Source: a virus. Taken from it: DNA of 64,000 bases. Numbering within the stretch: position 1 is the first letter of the stretch; every line of letters begins with the position of its first letter. This document shows, in pieces, positions 1-9,175 of the stretch. The position numbers and the translations under genes are program-made. The notes below the pieces were generated by a model. The model worked only from the letters and a program-made list of their open reading frames with translations, had not been told where the DNA came from and made no database searches. Location: the IMG/VR virus record IMGVR_UViG_3300017917_002441, positions 32,001 to 96,000 of that record, one strand, 5' to 3'.

Positions 1-2
1 AT

Positions 3-185
3 CTCAAAGAGTTTTTAGCAATCGAGCCACACTTGCAACCTGGCGCTGTGGTGGCAATTGACGACAACTCTAGATTGCTGTCTAGCAACAACAGAACTGG
101 CAAGGGCCGACGCATTGTAGATTATCTTGAAGCCAAAGGCGTACAGCCCATTTACGATGCTTATCAAATTATCTATCAATTCTAA
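3..185 (+). CDS. Partial (5'-truncated) class I SAM methyltransferase-like protein
   Basis: Manual translation LKEFLAIEPHLQPGAVVAIDDN...TGKG...YQF*; resembles the C-terminal half of ORF 7014..7586 (HLATDAVVMFDD...GK). Confidence 0.5.
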   Translation, partial: LKEFLAIEPHLQPGAVVAIDDNSRLLSSNNRTGKGRRIVDYLEAKGVQPIYDAYQIIYQF

Positions 186-187
186 AC

Positions 188-991
188 ATGATCATTGACA
201 CCACACTGTTTAACGACGAGTTCCACATGTTGGACATACGCATTGCGCTGACCAAGAGCTGGGTAGATCGCTGGGTAATATGTGAAGGCAACCGCACCAT
301 GAGTGGTAAACCCAAGCCCTATCATCTCAGCAACAACCTTGAACGCTACGCATATCTTGGCAATCGTTTGCGTGTGATCAAGTTGGATATTCCTGAGTCA
401 TGGAGTAACTGGGACATTGAAAACGGACAACGTGCAGCCTTGCTACCAGGGTATCAAGATGTCGATGACAACGACATTGTGATGCACAGTGATTTGGATG
501 AAATATTGAACCCCGAGTTAGTGCCAGAAATACTGGCCGAAGTTGAACAGCAAGATCGACCCATAAGTTGCGGCTTGGACATGTACATTTACCGCTTTGA
601 TCAAAAATTAGATCGTAGCTGGGCTGGCAATGTTGTAGCCAAAAAACGCCACTTTGATGATCCTTGTCATTTGTACAAAGGATTGCAAGCCGGTGTTGGT
701 CATGCACAAAAACGCAAAGATCGCAGTCATTGCGGTGCGTACAAGAAGTCAGCAGGCTGGCACTGGGGCTGGATGGGCAGTGATGATGTCATCAAAAACA
801 AAATAGTCAGTTGCATTGAAAGCCAAAACAAAGACACTGAACAGACACTGAGTTACTTCCGTAACATTGACTTTGGTAACGCTATCAACCACAAATGTGT
901 GACACATTATGTAGCAGACCCTGGCTACCCAGCCGAAGTCAACGCAGTGTTGCGTCAATACCCATTCTGGACCAATGGAAACCAAGGCTGA
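188..991 (+). CDS. Glycosyltransferase family 17-like protein
   Basis: FNDE..LDIR, VD.WVICE.N.T.SG.PKP, DD.DIVMHSDLDEI and GWHWGW match GT17-type motifs. Confidence 0.7.
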   Translation: MIIDTTLFNDEFHMLDIRIALTKSWVDRWVICEGNRTMSGKPKPYHLSNNLERYAYLGNRLRVIKLDIPESWSNWDIENGQRAALLPGYQDVDDNDIVMHSDLDEILNPELVPEILAEVEQQDRPISCGLDMYIYRFDQKLDRSWAGNVVAKKRHFDDPCHLYKGLQAGVGHAQKRKDRSHCGAYKKSAGWHWGWMGSDDVIKNKIVSCIESQNKDTEQTLSYFRNIDFGNAINHKCVTHYVADPGYPAEVNAVLRQYPFWTNGNQG

Positions 992-1763
992 AAAACGAGC
1001 ACGTAAAGAGCGTGAACGTCAAGCTCTGCAGCCTGTGTCAGACACGTATCATCCACCAGTAGACGTTGCCTGTGTAATACACAGCAAAGGTTACGACTGG
1101 CGCTATGTAGAGAATCTTTACAACATGTGCCGCAGACACTTGAGTGGCGAGTTACGTTTTCATGTTTACACCGAACACGATCGCAGTGTTCCTCCACACA
1201 TGATCAAACATTGCTTGACAGAGTGGGATGGCATTGCTGGTCCCAAACGCAGTTGGTGGTACAAACTACAGTTATTCAATCCCGAACATCACCGCGGAGA
1301 CTTGCTGTACTTTGACTTGGATGTAATGATCCTACACAACATTGACTGGATAGCACAGTGTCACAGTGATTACTTTTGGACCATACGAGACTTTCGTTAT
1401 TTGCAAAAGCCTTTTCACAATGGCATGAACAGCAGTGTTATGAAATTCAACGTGTCACGATTCAGCTATGTGTGGGACGAATTTTCACGACGTGATGCCA
1501 CGGAAGCAGTGCGTGGTTATCAAGGTGATCAAGACTTTTTGCAAGTCACTGTAAGACCGGAGCAACGAAGATTCCTAGAAGACCAGCGTTTCCAAAGTTG
1601 GCGTTGGCAAGTGGCCGATGGAGGCTACGACTTCTCACGACGTAGAGCACACAATCCAGGATCTGGCGCACAAGTCAGCCCTACTGCTGATGTAGTGATT
1701 TTTCACGGCCACCCAAAACCACACCAAGTAACAGATAAGTTAGTGACTGCCAACTGGTGCTGA
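975..1763 (+). CDS. GT-A fold glycosyltransferase (GT8-like)
   Basis: WWYKLQLF, LYFDLDV (DxD), NSSVM, GDQDF, IFHGHPKP. Confidence 0.75.
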   Translation: METKAEKRARKERERQALQPVSDTYHPPVDVACVIHSKGYDWRYVENLYNMCRRHLSGELRFHVYTEHDRSVPPHMIKHCLTEWDGIAGPKRSWWYKLQLFNPEHHRGDLLYFDLDVMILHNIDWIAQCHSDYFWTIRDFRYLQKPFHNGMNSSVMKFNVSRFSYVWDEFSRRDATEAVRGYQGDQDFLQVTVRPEQRRFLEDQRFQSWRWQVADGGYDFSRRRAHNPGSGAQVSPTADVVIFHGHPKPHQVTDKLVTANWC

Positions 1764-1770
1764 GCCACGG

Positions 1771-1799
1771 TTGACAACAAATTCAGCCGACGCTATAAT
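1771..1799 (+). promoter_or_regulatory. sigma70-type early promoter, leaderless geometry
   Basis: TTGACA-17-TATAAT; ATG (1806) 6 nt after -10, no SD. Confidence 0.75.
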
Positions 1800-1805
1800 C
1801 AGGCT

Positions 1806-2072
1806 ATGAAAATTGTTAAGTTAAACCGCAGATTTAAGATGTTCAGAGAGCACGGGCACACGGTGGCTCTGCGGTTCAACGGTTGGAGCAAACAGATATC
1901 ACCTTACGAAAAGGTATGCCGCGAACGGTTGGGCAGTGAATACAAAAACTTCAGCTGGTCTAGCCATTTTGGAACCAGGAACGGTCGCACTGATATTCGC
2001 CCATACTGGATCACATTCCGCAACGAAGCAGATCTTACTTTAGTACTACTTTCTGCTGGCTTGACCAAATAA
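1806..2072 (+). CDS. Hypothetical early protein
   Basis: ORF directly after consensus promoter. Confidence 0.7.
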   Translation: MKIVKLNRRFKMFREHGHTVALRFNGWSKQISPYEKVCRERLGSEYKNFSWSSHFGTRNGRTDIRPYWITFRNEADLTLVLLSAGLTK

Positions 2073-2089
2073 CCTAATTCTGGTATAAT
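2061..2089 (+). promoter_or_regulatory. sigma70-type early promoter
   Basis: TTGACC-17-TATAAT with TG extension. Confidence 0.75.
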
Positions 2090-2121
2090 AACAACATAGC
2101 GTAAACAAACAGGAGCCAACA

Positions 2122-2394
2122 ATGGGTTACATTCTCTACTTTAAGAAGGAACTGGGCACTCCCCACAAACTGAAATGGTACGCAAGTCTCAAGGGCGCGA
2201 AGATTGGTTTGAAAGCGGCGAACAGGAACGCCGGCCGCGAAAGCTACGCGATAATGGAAGAAAACGAGTTCGATACAACCTACAACGGTTGGACGACTAC
2301 GAAGAGTTTGATGACTGGGGAGACGATTGCAATACGGGCGCAAGACGTAGGAACATGCGTAGACCCCGGGACTGAACGTTACTGGAGCATGTAA
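2122..2394 (+). CDS. Hypothetical early protein
   Basis: SD AGGAG at 2111; promoter upstream. Confidence 0.75.
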   Translation: MGYILYFKKELGTPHKLKWYASLKGAKIGLKAANRNAGRESYAIMEENEFDTTYNGWTTTKSLMTGETIAIRAQDVGTCVDPGTERYWSM

Positions 2395-2396
2395 AG

Positions 2397-2453
2397 TGTT
2401 GTTTTTTGGCAACATTTTGGGCGGTTGACCAAAATATCAGGGTTTGCTATAAT
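2397..2453 (+). promoter_or_regulatory. TGTTG-N8-CAACA palindrome plus sigma70-type promoter
   Basis: Palindrome 2397-2414; TTGACC(2425)-17-TATAAT(2448). Confidence 0.7.
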
Positions 2454-2476
2454 AGAGCTATAGTAAAAAGGAGCAT

Positions 2477-2614
2477 ATGAAGTACACCCTGATTACCCGT
2501 AATGGAAAAGTTTACACTTTTTTCATTGAAGCAGTGGCCCAGCAGTTTCAGCAAGCTTATGGCGGTGTTGTTTTTACACAACAGGTGCTGGATGCTGTGG
2601 TGGTTGACCAATAA
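2477..2614 (+). CDS. Small hypothetical early protein (45 aa, not in ORF track)
   Basis: AAGGAG SD, MKYTLITRNGKVYTFF...VVVDQ*, lies between two promoters. Confidence 0.65.
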   Translation: MKYTLITRNGKVYTFFIEAVAQQFQQAYGGVVFTQQVLDAVVVDQ

Positions 2615-2632
2615 TCCCAGATTTGCTATAAT
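2604..2632 (+). promoter_or_regulatory. sigma70-type early promoter
   Basis: TTGACC-17-TATAAT with TG extension. Confidence 0.75.
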
Positions 2633-2676
2633 AGAACTATAAACAGTAAACAAACAACCTTTTGTAGGAGCCAACA

Positions 2677-3708
2677 ATGAGTACAATTCGTATTTGGAAT
2701 GGTGTGTATCGCAACAAGCCGGTACAAAATGTAGAGTTCAAGTTAGTCAAAGGTTACCAAACTGGTGCCAAGGGCGGCTTTGTAACTGTAGACAGCGAGG
2801 GCTACTTTGGCCCGGAGTTCACTGTTGTACGCATTCGCGTCAACGACATCAAGGATTTTGAATATACCGCAAGGGAGCCCATGCAAGACAACACTGTACA
2901 TTTTGAAAAGCCCGCAGCCAAGCCTGTGGAAACTGACGAAGAAGTCATTACTCGCATTCGCGAGCGTTTTGATATCCTGCACGAAATGACCAAGGCCTGT
3001 GTCAACGGTGACATCCGTGCTATGATTGTGTCTGGCCCTCCCGGGGTAGGCAAGAGTTTTGGTGTTGAGCAAGAGATTGAAAAAGTGCAGATGATGCAGA
3101 TGCTGGGTCAGAAGCGACTCCGCGCTGAGGTTGTCAAGGGCTCAGCTACCCCAATTGGCCTGTACCAAACTCTGTACAAATACTCAGATCCCAACTGTGT
3201 GATTGTGTTTGACGACTGTGACAGCATTCTGGTGGACGACGTTGCACTGAACTTGCTGAAAGGTGCATTGGACTCAGGTAAGAAGCGTAAGATTTCGTGG
3301 TTGTCAGAGTCCAGTACTCTGCGTCGTGAAGGCATTCCTGACAGCTTTGAGTTCAAGGGCTCGGTAATTTTTATTACCAACCTCAAGTTTGATCAAATGA
3401 AGTCGCAAAAGCTTCGCGATCACTTGGATGCACTGCAATCGCGCTGTCACTATCTTGACTTGACATTGGATACCATGCGTGACAAGATTTTGCGTATCAA
3501 GCAAATTGCCAAGGATGGTGTGTTGTTTGCAGACTACGACTTTGAGCCTTGTGTACAAGACGAGCTTATTGACTTCATGGCTGAGAACCAAACTCGCATG
3601 CGTGAGATGAGCTTGCGTATGGCAATCAAGATTGCTGACTTGCGCAAGAGCTTTCCCAACAACTGGAAACGCATGGCAGAAACAACTTGCATGAAGGCTC
3701 CGGCCTAA
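2677..3708 (+). CDS. AAA+/P-loop ATPase
   Basis: Walker A GPPGVGKS, Walker B VIVFDDCD, ITN sensor, ALQSR arginine finger. Confidence 0.85.
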   Translation: MSTIRIWNGVYRNKPVQNVEFKLVKGYQTGAKGGFVTVDSEGYFGPEFTVVRIRVNDIKDFEYTAREPMQDNTVHFEKPAAKPVETDEEVITRIRERFDILHEMTKACVNGDIRAMIVSGPPGVGKSFGVEQEIEKVQMMQMLGQKRLRAEVVKGSATPIGLYQTLYKYSDPNCVIVFDDCDSILVDDVALNLLKGALDSGKKRKISWLSESSTLRREGIPDSFEFKGSVIFITNLKFDQMKSQKLRDHLDALQSRCHYLDLTLDTMRDKILRIKQIAKDGVLFADYDFEPCVQDELIDFMAENQTRMREMSLRMAIKIADLRKSFPNNWKRMAETTCMKAPA

Positions 3709-3720
3709 CAAGGTTTTAAC

Positions 3721-3933
3721 ATGAACAAACGAATTAAAGAACTTGCTGAACAGGCTGGTTATTCAAAAGATTTTTTAGCAATTGGATTACCAAATAATAT
3801 GGAAAAGTTCGCCGAGTTGATTGTAGAGGAATGCGGAGAAGTAGCATATAAAGCGTATTGGGACAATCCCGAAACAGTTAGAGGTATACACATTAAAGAA
3901 AAGATTAAGAAACATTTTGGGGTTGAAGAATGA
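3721..3933 (+). CDS. Hypothetical phage protein (MNKRIKELAEQAG type)
   Basis: ORF; EKFAELIV..C and KKHFGVEE pattern common in phage small proteins. Confidence 0.65.
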   Translation: MNKRIKELAEQAGYSKDFLAIGLPNNMEKFAELIVEECGEVAYKAYWDNPETVRGIHIKEKIKKHFGVEE

Positions 3934-4184
3934 AGCAACGTGGGTTTACACTTATCGAAACGATGATTGCTTTTGTGTTCATCGGTATTATTTTTACTAT
4001 TTTAGTTAATGCCGTGGGCTTTGCTTCTGGTAATAGTTCAGTTAGCTTTGGCATCAACGGAATGACCGAAAGCCGTTGCATTGAAGGTTACAAGTTTGTT
4101 ATCAATCAAGATGGGCACACTCGTCAAATCCTTGATGAGTTTGGCAAAGGTGTTCGTTGTGAAACAGTGGCAGTGCCTCGCTAA
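3930..4184 (+). CDS. Prepilin-type N-terminal cleavage/methylation domain protein
   Basis: QRG^FTLIE followed by a hydrophobic helix; two Cys in the short C-terminal domain. Confidence 0.75.
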   Translation: MKQRGFTLIETMIAFVFIGIIFTILVNAVGFASGNSSVSFGINGMTESRCIEGYKFVINQDGHTRQILDEFGKGVRCETVAVPR

Positions 4185-4194
4185 GGAGATATAG

Positions 4195-4713
4195 ATGATT
4201 ACCCTTAAAGAATTTCTTGAAGTTGTAGACTACCGAATCACCGAAGGCAGTGACTTTGGCTGGCAATGTTTTGGTCCCAAGGTACATACACTGAGTGCTT
4301 GGAACGGTGGTCATGACGGGTGGAGTTTCAATGTAACTTTCAGCACTGAAGACCAAACTGTGTTTGTAGCCGAATCCTGTGACTACAAAAATGGTCGTGC
4401 ATATAGATTGCTCAATCCTGATCACAAAGACGCATACTTGGCCGAAGCAGAAGAACACAAGCCCTATGGTAATCAAGCATGGGATGGCGTGGACTACATC
4501 GATCTTGAAGTTGACGATGACTGGATTCAAAAAGCGTTGGACATCAAATTGGGTGTGACATATGATACTCGGGTGCAAGTGCCGCTGATTCTGCCAGATG
4601 ATGAAGTGTTTGAGTTGATGAAAATTGCACACCAGCGTGATATTACTTTAAATAGGTTGGTAGAAGAAATGCTTGAGCAGTACATTGCCCAACACACCAG
4701 CAAGTTGGATTAA
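4195..4713 (+). CDS. Hypothetical protein, possible C-terminal ribbon-helix-helix
   Basis: AAGGAG SD; C-terminal AHQRDITLNRLVEEML. Confidence 0.65.
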   Translation: MITLKEFLEVVDYRITEGSDFGWQCFGPKVHTLSAWNGGHDGWSFNVTFSTEDQTVFVAESCDYKNGRAYRLLNPDHKDAYLAEAEEHKPYGNQAWDGVDYIDLEVDDDWIQKALDIKLGVTYDTRVQVPLILPDDEVFELMKIAHQRDITLNRLVEEMLEQYIAQHTSKLD

Positions 4714-4755
4714 GTTTACCCCCTAGGCTTGGTTGGCTCCGGCCCAGGGTTTTAC

Positions 4756-4787
4756 ACAGGTGCTAAGAAATTGGCACCTGTTTTTTT
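4756..4787 (+). terminator. Rho-independent terminator
   Basis: ACAGGTGCTAA-GAAA-TTGGCACCTGT then T-run. Confidence 0.75.
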
Positions 4788-4814
4788 GACTTTGCAGAAC
4801 GCAGGTGTTATTAT
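4786..4814 (+). promoter_or_regulatory. sigma70-type promoter for helicase gene
   Basis: TTGACT-17-TATTAT with TG extension. Confidence 0.55.
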
Positions 4815-4828
4815 AGAATACATACACT

Positions 4829-6289
4829 ATGAAAACTGCAACCATTATTATTCGTGACGAAGTCAATATCAAGATCGAAGGCCTGGATCTTGATGCACGG
4901 CGAGCCCTTGTCAACAAATTCAAATACGATGTGCCTTATGCACGTTACCTACCAGCAGTGAGACTGGGACGGTGGGACGGCAAGGTCAGCTACTTCCAAT
5001 TGGGCGGAAGCACTTACACAAGTCTACTGCCAGAGATTGTGCCCATACTTGAGGGCTTGAACTATGATCTTGAGCTAGATGACCAACGTGACTACAGCAC
5101 ATACTTTGAGTTCAAACAAGTAAACGAGGACAGCTACAGTCACATCATGTGGCCCAAAGGTCACCCCATGGCTGGTCAGCCCATGAGCTTGCGTGACTAT
5201 CAAGTTGAGATCGTCAACAACTTTCTAGACAACCCACAGTGCATTCAAGAAGTGGCCACAGGTGCAGGTAAGACTGTTATGACTGCGGCTTTAAGTGATG
5301 CTGTTACACCTTATGGTCGTAGCATTGTGATTGTGCCCAACAAGAGTCTTGTTACACAAACAGAAAAAGACTATGTGAACATGCAGTTGGATGTGGGTGT
5401 GTACTTTGGTGATCGCAAAGAGTGGGGTCGCCAACACACAATTTGCACATGGCAAAGCTTGAACGTACTGCTAAAGAATACCAAAGCCGGAGTAGGGGAC
5501 TGCACCATTGGCGAGTTCCTAGAGGGAGTAGTATGTGTCATTGTTGACGAAGTACACATGGCCAAAGCTGATGCATTAAAAACATTGCTCACTGGCGTAA
5601 TGGCTAGAGTGCCTATTCGCTGGGGGTTGACTGGAACCATACCCAAGGAAGCATTTGAAAGTGTAGCACTCAAAGTCAGTCTTGGCCCTGTGGTGTCTAA
5701 GTTAGCAGCCAGTGACTTGCAAGAAAAGGGTGTGTTGGCACAGTGCCATGTGAACATTGTGCAGTTGGTTGACCATGCAGAGTTTACCAACTATCAAAGT
5801 GAATTGAAGTACTTATTAGAAGAACCTGACAGACTGCAAGCCATTGCAGGACTGATACAGCAAGTAAAAGAAACTGGCAACACCTTAGTGTTGGTAGATA
5901 GGATCGCAGCCGGCACAGAGCTAGTTCGTTTGCTAGGTGATCGTGCAGTGTTTGTAAGTGGAGCCACCAAAGCAGGAGACAGACAAGATGAATACGACGA
6001 AGTTGCAAACGTGGATGATAAGATTATTGTGGCGACTTATGGTGTGGCCGCTGTGGGTATTAATATCCCTAGGATTTTTAATTTGGTTCTTGTGGAGCCC
6101 GGAAAAAGCTTTGTCCGCGTTATACAATCAATTGGGCGGGGCATTAGAAAAGCCGAAGACAAAGACCACGTTGAAATCTGGGATATCACATCCACGTGTA
6201 GATTTGCCAAACGCCACCTCACTAAGCGCAAAACGTTTTATAAGGAAGCCAATTATCCGTTTACGCAAGAAAAACTAGAGTGGAAGTAA
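4829..6289 (+). CDS. uvsW: Superfamily II DNA helicase (UvsW-like)
   Basis: LRDYQ, ATGAGKT, DEVH, GLTGT, QSIGRGIR; N-terminal WDGK typical of UvsW. Confidence 0.85.
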   Translation: MKTATIIIRDEVNIKIEGLDLDARRALVNKFKYDVPYARYLPAVRLGRWDGKVSYFQLGGSTYTSLLPEIVPILEGLNYDLELDDQRDYSTYFEFKQVNEDSYSHIMWPKGHPMAGQPMSLRDYQVEIVNNFLDNPQCIQEVATGAGKTVMTAALSDAVTPYGRSIVIVPNKSLVTQTEKDYVNMQLDVGVYFGDRKEWGRQHTICTWQSLNVLLKNTKAGVGDCTIGEFLEGVVCVIVDEVHMAKADALKTLLTGVMARVPIRWGLTGTIPKEAFESVALKVSLGPVVSKLAASDLQEKGVLAQCHVNIVQLVDHAEFTNYQSELKYLLEEPDRLQAIAGLIQQVKETGNTLVLVDRIAAGTELVRLLGDRAVFVSGATKAGDRQDEYDEVANVDDKIIVATYGVAAVGINIPRIFNLVLVEPGKSFVRVIQSIGRGIRKAEDKDHVEIWDITSTCRFAKRHLTKRKTFYKEANYPFTQEKLEWK

Positions 6290-7021
6290 ATGAAGCGGCT
6301 GTATAGTATTGGCGATAGCTTTATGTCCACAGATGATCCTGACGATGGGATCATTGGTTTCTGTGAGTTGTATTGCCGTGAACGTGGGTTTGAGCATATT
6401 AGTCTAGCTCGTCCTGGTGCAACAGTGTTTGCTACTCGCTTGCAGATTGAACGTGCAATTGAGCAACAGGCTGACTTTGTTGTAGTAGGAATAACTTGCT
6501 CAGATCGCTTTGACTTGCCGTTGAATTTAGATGAACGTATTCCGCTGTATTCTCTGGACAATATTTTTTACAAAGGATACAGAGCACAAAGCGAACGTCA
6601 CGTGGATCAAACTGCAATTAAAATCATTAGTGACACGTTTAACAACTTATTAGAACGTAGATACGATCAAGATCGGCGCATCACTGATCAACAGTTACAA
6701 GCAATCAAGGCATACATTGCATACTTACACAATCCCAGCATCACAGTACAGCGGGACTATTATGTGATCAGTGACGGATTAAGAAAACTACAATCAGCTG
6801 GTATTGACTTTGTGTTGATACCTGGGTACATGGGTCAACATGATTGGAGTTGGGTCAAGCGTGTTTGGCCAGAAGATCAGCACGGGCCGTATCACATGAA
6901 GTATGGTCCTGATAATTGGGAAAATCCAATACGCTACACTGGTACACACAATCCTGCTTGGGCACATCAAGAGTTTTGCCAAACTCTATTAGACATAACA
7001 CCGGAGTGGATTAATGGGTAA
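6290..7021 (+). CDS. SGNH/GDSL-like hypothetical protein
   Basis: N-terminal IGDSF, LARPG, C-terminal THN...H. Confidence 0.5.
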   Translation: MKRLYSIGDSFMSTDDPDDGIIGFCELYCRERGFEHISLARPGATVFATRLQIERAIEQQADFVVVGITCSDRFDLPLNLDERIPLYSLDNIFYKGYRAQSERHVDQTAIKIISDTFNNLLERRYDQDRRITDQQLQAIKAYIAYLHNPSITVQRDYYVISDGLRKLQSAGIDFVLIPGYMGQHDWSWVKRVWPEDQHGPYHMKYGPDNWENPIRYTGTHNPAWAHQEFCQTLLDITPEWING

Positions 7022-7586
7022 AATTTATCAACGACTTGAACAATACGTACTGCCGCAAGTGCAAGGCGTGTTTGTGGAAATAGGCAGTGATCGCGGAGAA
7101 GGTAGCACACATGCTCTAGATCAGTTGGCTGGATCTCGTGGCACACGACTGGTCACAGTGGATATATTGACCAACGCACAAAGAAATTTAGCCGCAGAAT
7201 TAAGCAATACAGATTTTGTTATAGCATCTGGCAGTGAGTGGGCTCGGCAGTACAATGGCCCGCCAATCTCTTGCTTGTACTTAGATAACTTTGATTACAT
7301 CTGGGACATCAACGAAAACCACAAGCCCACACAGATTCAAATGGCTGAATATGCTGACCGTGGCGAAACAATGACAAACCAAAACTGTCAAATTGAACAC
7401 ATGGCTCAAATGATAGCACTGTATCCTCACTTGGCAACGGATGCTGTGGTAATGTTTGACGACACTTATCAAATCAACGATTGTTGGATTGGTAAGTGTG
7501 GCCCTGCTGTGGTGTTTTTGCAAGCACAAGGCTGGAGCATAGTTGAGCGCACCTTGGATTGCGGTGTTATCTTGAAAAAGATTTGA
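7014..7586 (+). CDS. Class I SAM methyltransferase-like protein
   Basis: FVEIGS.RG.GST, LYLD, MFDD motifs. Confidence 0.6.
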   Translation: MGKIYQRLEQYVLPQVQGVFVEIGSDRGEGSTHALDQLAGSRGTRLVTVDILTNAQRNLAAELSNTDFVIASGSEWARQYNGPPISCLYLDNFDYIWDINENHKPTQIQMAEYADRGETMTNQNCQIEHMAQMIALYPHLATDAVVMFDDTYQINDCWIGKCGPAVVFLQAQGWSIVERTLDCGVILKKI

Positions 7587-7611
7587 CAGTAGCCAATAAA
7601 TTGTGTATAGT
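7583..7611 (+). promoter_or_regulatory. sigma70-type promoter, leaderless geometry
   Basis: TTGACA-17-TATAGT; ATG 7618 is 6 nt after -10. Confidence 0.65.
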
Positions 7612-7617
7612 ATAGAT

Positions 7618-8118
7618 ATGAGAATATTAACATTAGATAACCGTGCTTTTGATTTAGACCACCTGCCAGAAGAAGTAGATGACATGCGGTTTGCTATATT
7701 GGATAATTCAAATCCAACAGACCCTGACTATCATTTTATCCCACTGATCTTTTTGGAAAGTTTTAACGCACCAGCCTTGGTGTTGCGCATAGGCAAACAC
7801 ACATTGCGCATGCCCATGGACTGGCAAATTTTGATTGGCGAACCTGACATTGGTGACCTAGAAGTGTTGCCCTTGACATCAATCAATGATCGAGGATTCA
7901 ACGTATTCAAGTTCAACCCACTTACAAGTTTTAATCCCAGCTTTGCTGACATTGAAATTCTAGATGTGTATCATGAAGTCACGTGGTATAGTCCAAAGCT
8001 AAAGAATGGGCAAATGCTAGCAGTGCCGCTAAACGATGATCCTGAACCCGAATGTGTTTACTTTGTCAAAGACATTAGCCGCAACTGCGAGGTTGTGGAT
8101 TATAGCAAGGCTTGGTGA
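7618..8118 (+). CDS. Hypothetical phage protein
   Basis: ORF; start moved to ATG 7618 (MRILTLDN) from promoter geometry. Confidence 0.75.
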   Translation: MRILTLDNRAFDLDHLPEEVDDMRFAILDNSNPTDPDYHFIPLIFLESFNAPALVLRIGKHTLRMPMDWQILIGEPDIGDLEVLPLTSINDRGFNVFKFNPLTSFNPSFADIEILDVYHEVTWYSPKLKNGQMLAVPLNDDPEPECVYFVKDISRNCEVVDYSKAW

Positions 8119-8119
8119 T

Positions 8120-8464
8120 ATGCAAATCAAATACAACGTACACGACATTGGTGGCGAAGTTGTTAAAGACAACGAAACCTATTTGCTCAAAGACAATACT
8201 ACTCTAAAAAATCTTGTACTGAGTTCAACAAAACTGTACCGTGGGCAACAAACTCGTGGGCACAGGCATGCTGGCCAAGAGGAAGTTTATATATTTGTTC
8301 AGGGCTATGGCAAAATGATTGTAGGCAACGAAACCGATGAGCCATTTGCTGTTAGCCCAGGTGACATTGTGCTAATCCCCGACGGAGCATTTCATCGTGT
8401 AATCAATGATGGCGAAATGAATCTTGTGTTTGACTGTGTGTTTCAAGGAAAAAGGAATCACTAA
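8120..8464 (+). CDS. Cupin domain protein
   Basis: GHRH..QEEVY.F..G.G and PGDIVLIP.G.FH.V.N cupin motifs; start at ATG 8120. Confidence 0.85.
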   Translation: MQIKYNVHDIGGEVVKDNETYLLKDNTTLKNLVLSSTKLYRGQQTRGHRHAGQEEVYIFVQGYGKMIVGNETDEPFAVSPGDIVLIPDGAFHRVINDGEMNLVFDCVFQGKRNH

Positions 8465-8745
8465 TGGGACAATTAAAGCCTGGCGCAACATATATCTATG
8501 AAAGAAACAACGGTGTTGTGTATGCACGTGAACACGGTGCTCGCCCAGAAGATAGGTTTGTTGTAGGATACGAATACAAAACTGATACTGATCCTATTCA
8601 AAAAGAAAAAAGCATTATGATGCACGAGGCACAATTGTGGAGTGACATTCGCGAAGCAGCCAAGTATAATGCTACACTACAAGATGCACTGGATCAAATG
8701 ATAGAAATTTACGAATTAGCCAAAGACTATGAGCGACAAACTTAA
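8464..8745 (+). CDS. Hypothetical protein
   Basis: Translationally coupled ORF. Confidence 0.7.
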   Translation: MGQLKPGATYIYERNNGVVYAREHGARPEDRFVVGYEYKTDTDPIQKEKSIMMHEAQLWSDIREAAKYNATLQDALDQMIEIYELAKDYERQT

Positions 8746-9175
8746 CATCAAAAATGAAATGCGGCAGCTGGACCGCAAAAACAGAAACTTCTATAACGAG
8801 CTTACAGATGAGGAGCGCAAGAAGTTCAGTTTGTTTTTGATGATTCGTTGGGGGTCGGCTGTGGATAGCTCACGCGAGTTGCAAGAGTATTATGTACAGA
8901 GTTGCAATCACTATCTCAACAAACACTTTTTCAATATTAGTAAACATCCTAAACTGCAATGGCTGTGTGCCACAGCAGTGAGTCCTGGATTGGGCACACC
9001 CAACCATCCTTGGATTGCGCCAAAAAAGAAAGAGGCCGGTGCGTCAGCTCGTCGTAAACAACTACAAACAATATTTCCCACATACAAGGATGACGAAATT
9101 GATGTCATGATGAAAATTGTGTCAGACAAAGAGATCAAAGAATATCAACGTCAAGCAGGCCAAGATGACAAATGA
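8729..9175 (+). CDS. Probable clamp-loader small subunit (gp62-like)
   Basis: Size, F..FLM.RW, N...N, HPKLQW pattern and replication context; family call tentative. Confidence 0.45.
   Translation: MSDKLNIKNEMRQLDRKNRNFYNELTDEERKKFSLFLMIRWGSAVDSSRELQEYYVQSCNHYLNKHFFNISKHPKLQWLCATAVSPGLGTPNHPWIAPKKKEAGASARRKQLQTIFPTYKDDEIDVMMKIVSDKEIKEYQRQAGQDDK

Noticed and set aside
2397-2414. TGTTG-N8-CAACA as a CRP/cAMP site linked to the cyclase
   Set aside because: Does not match TGTGA-N6-TCACA in half-site or spacing
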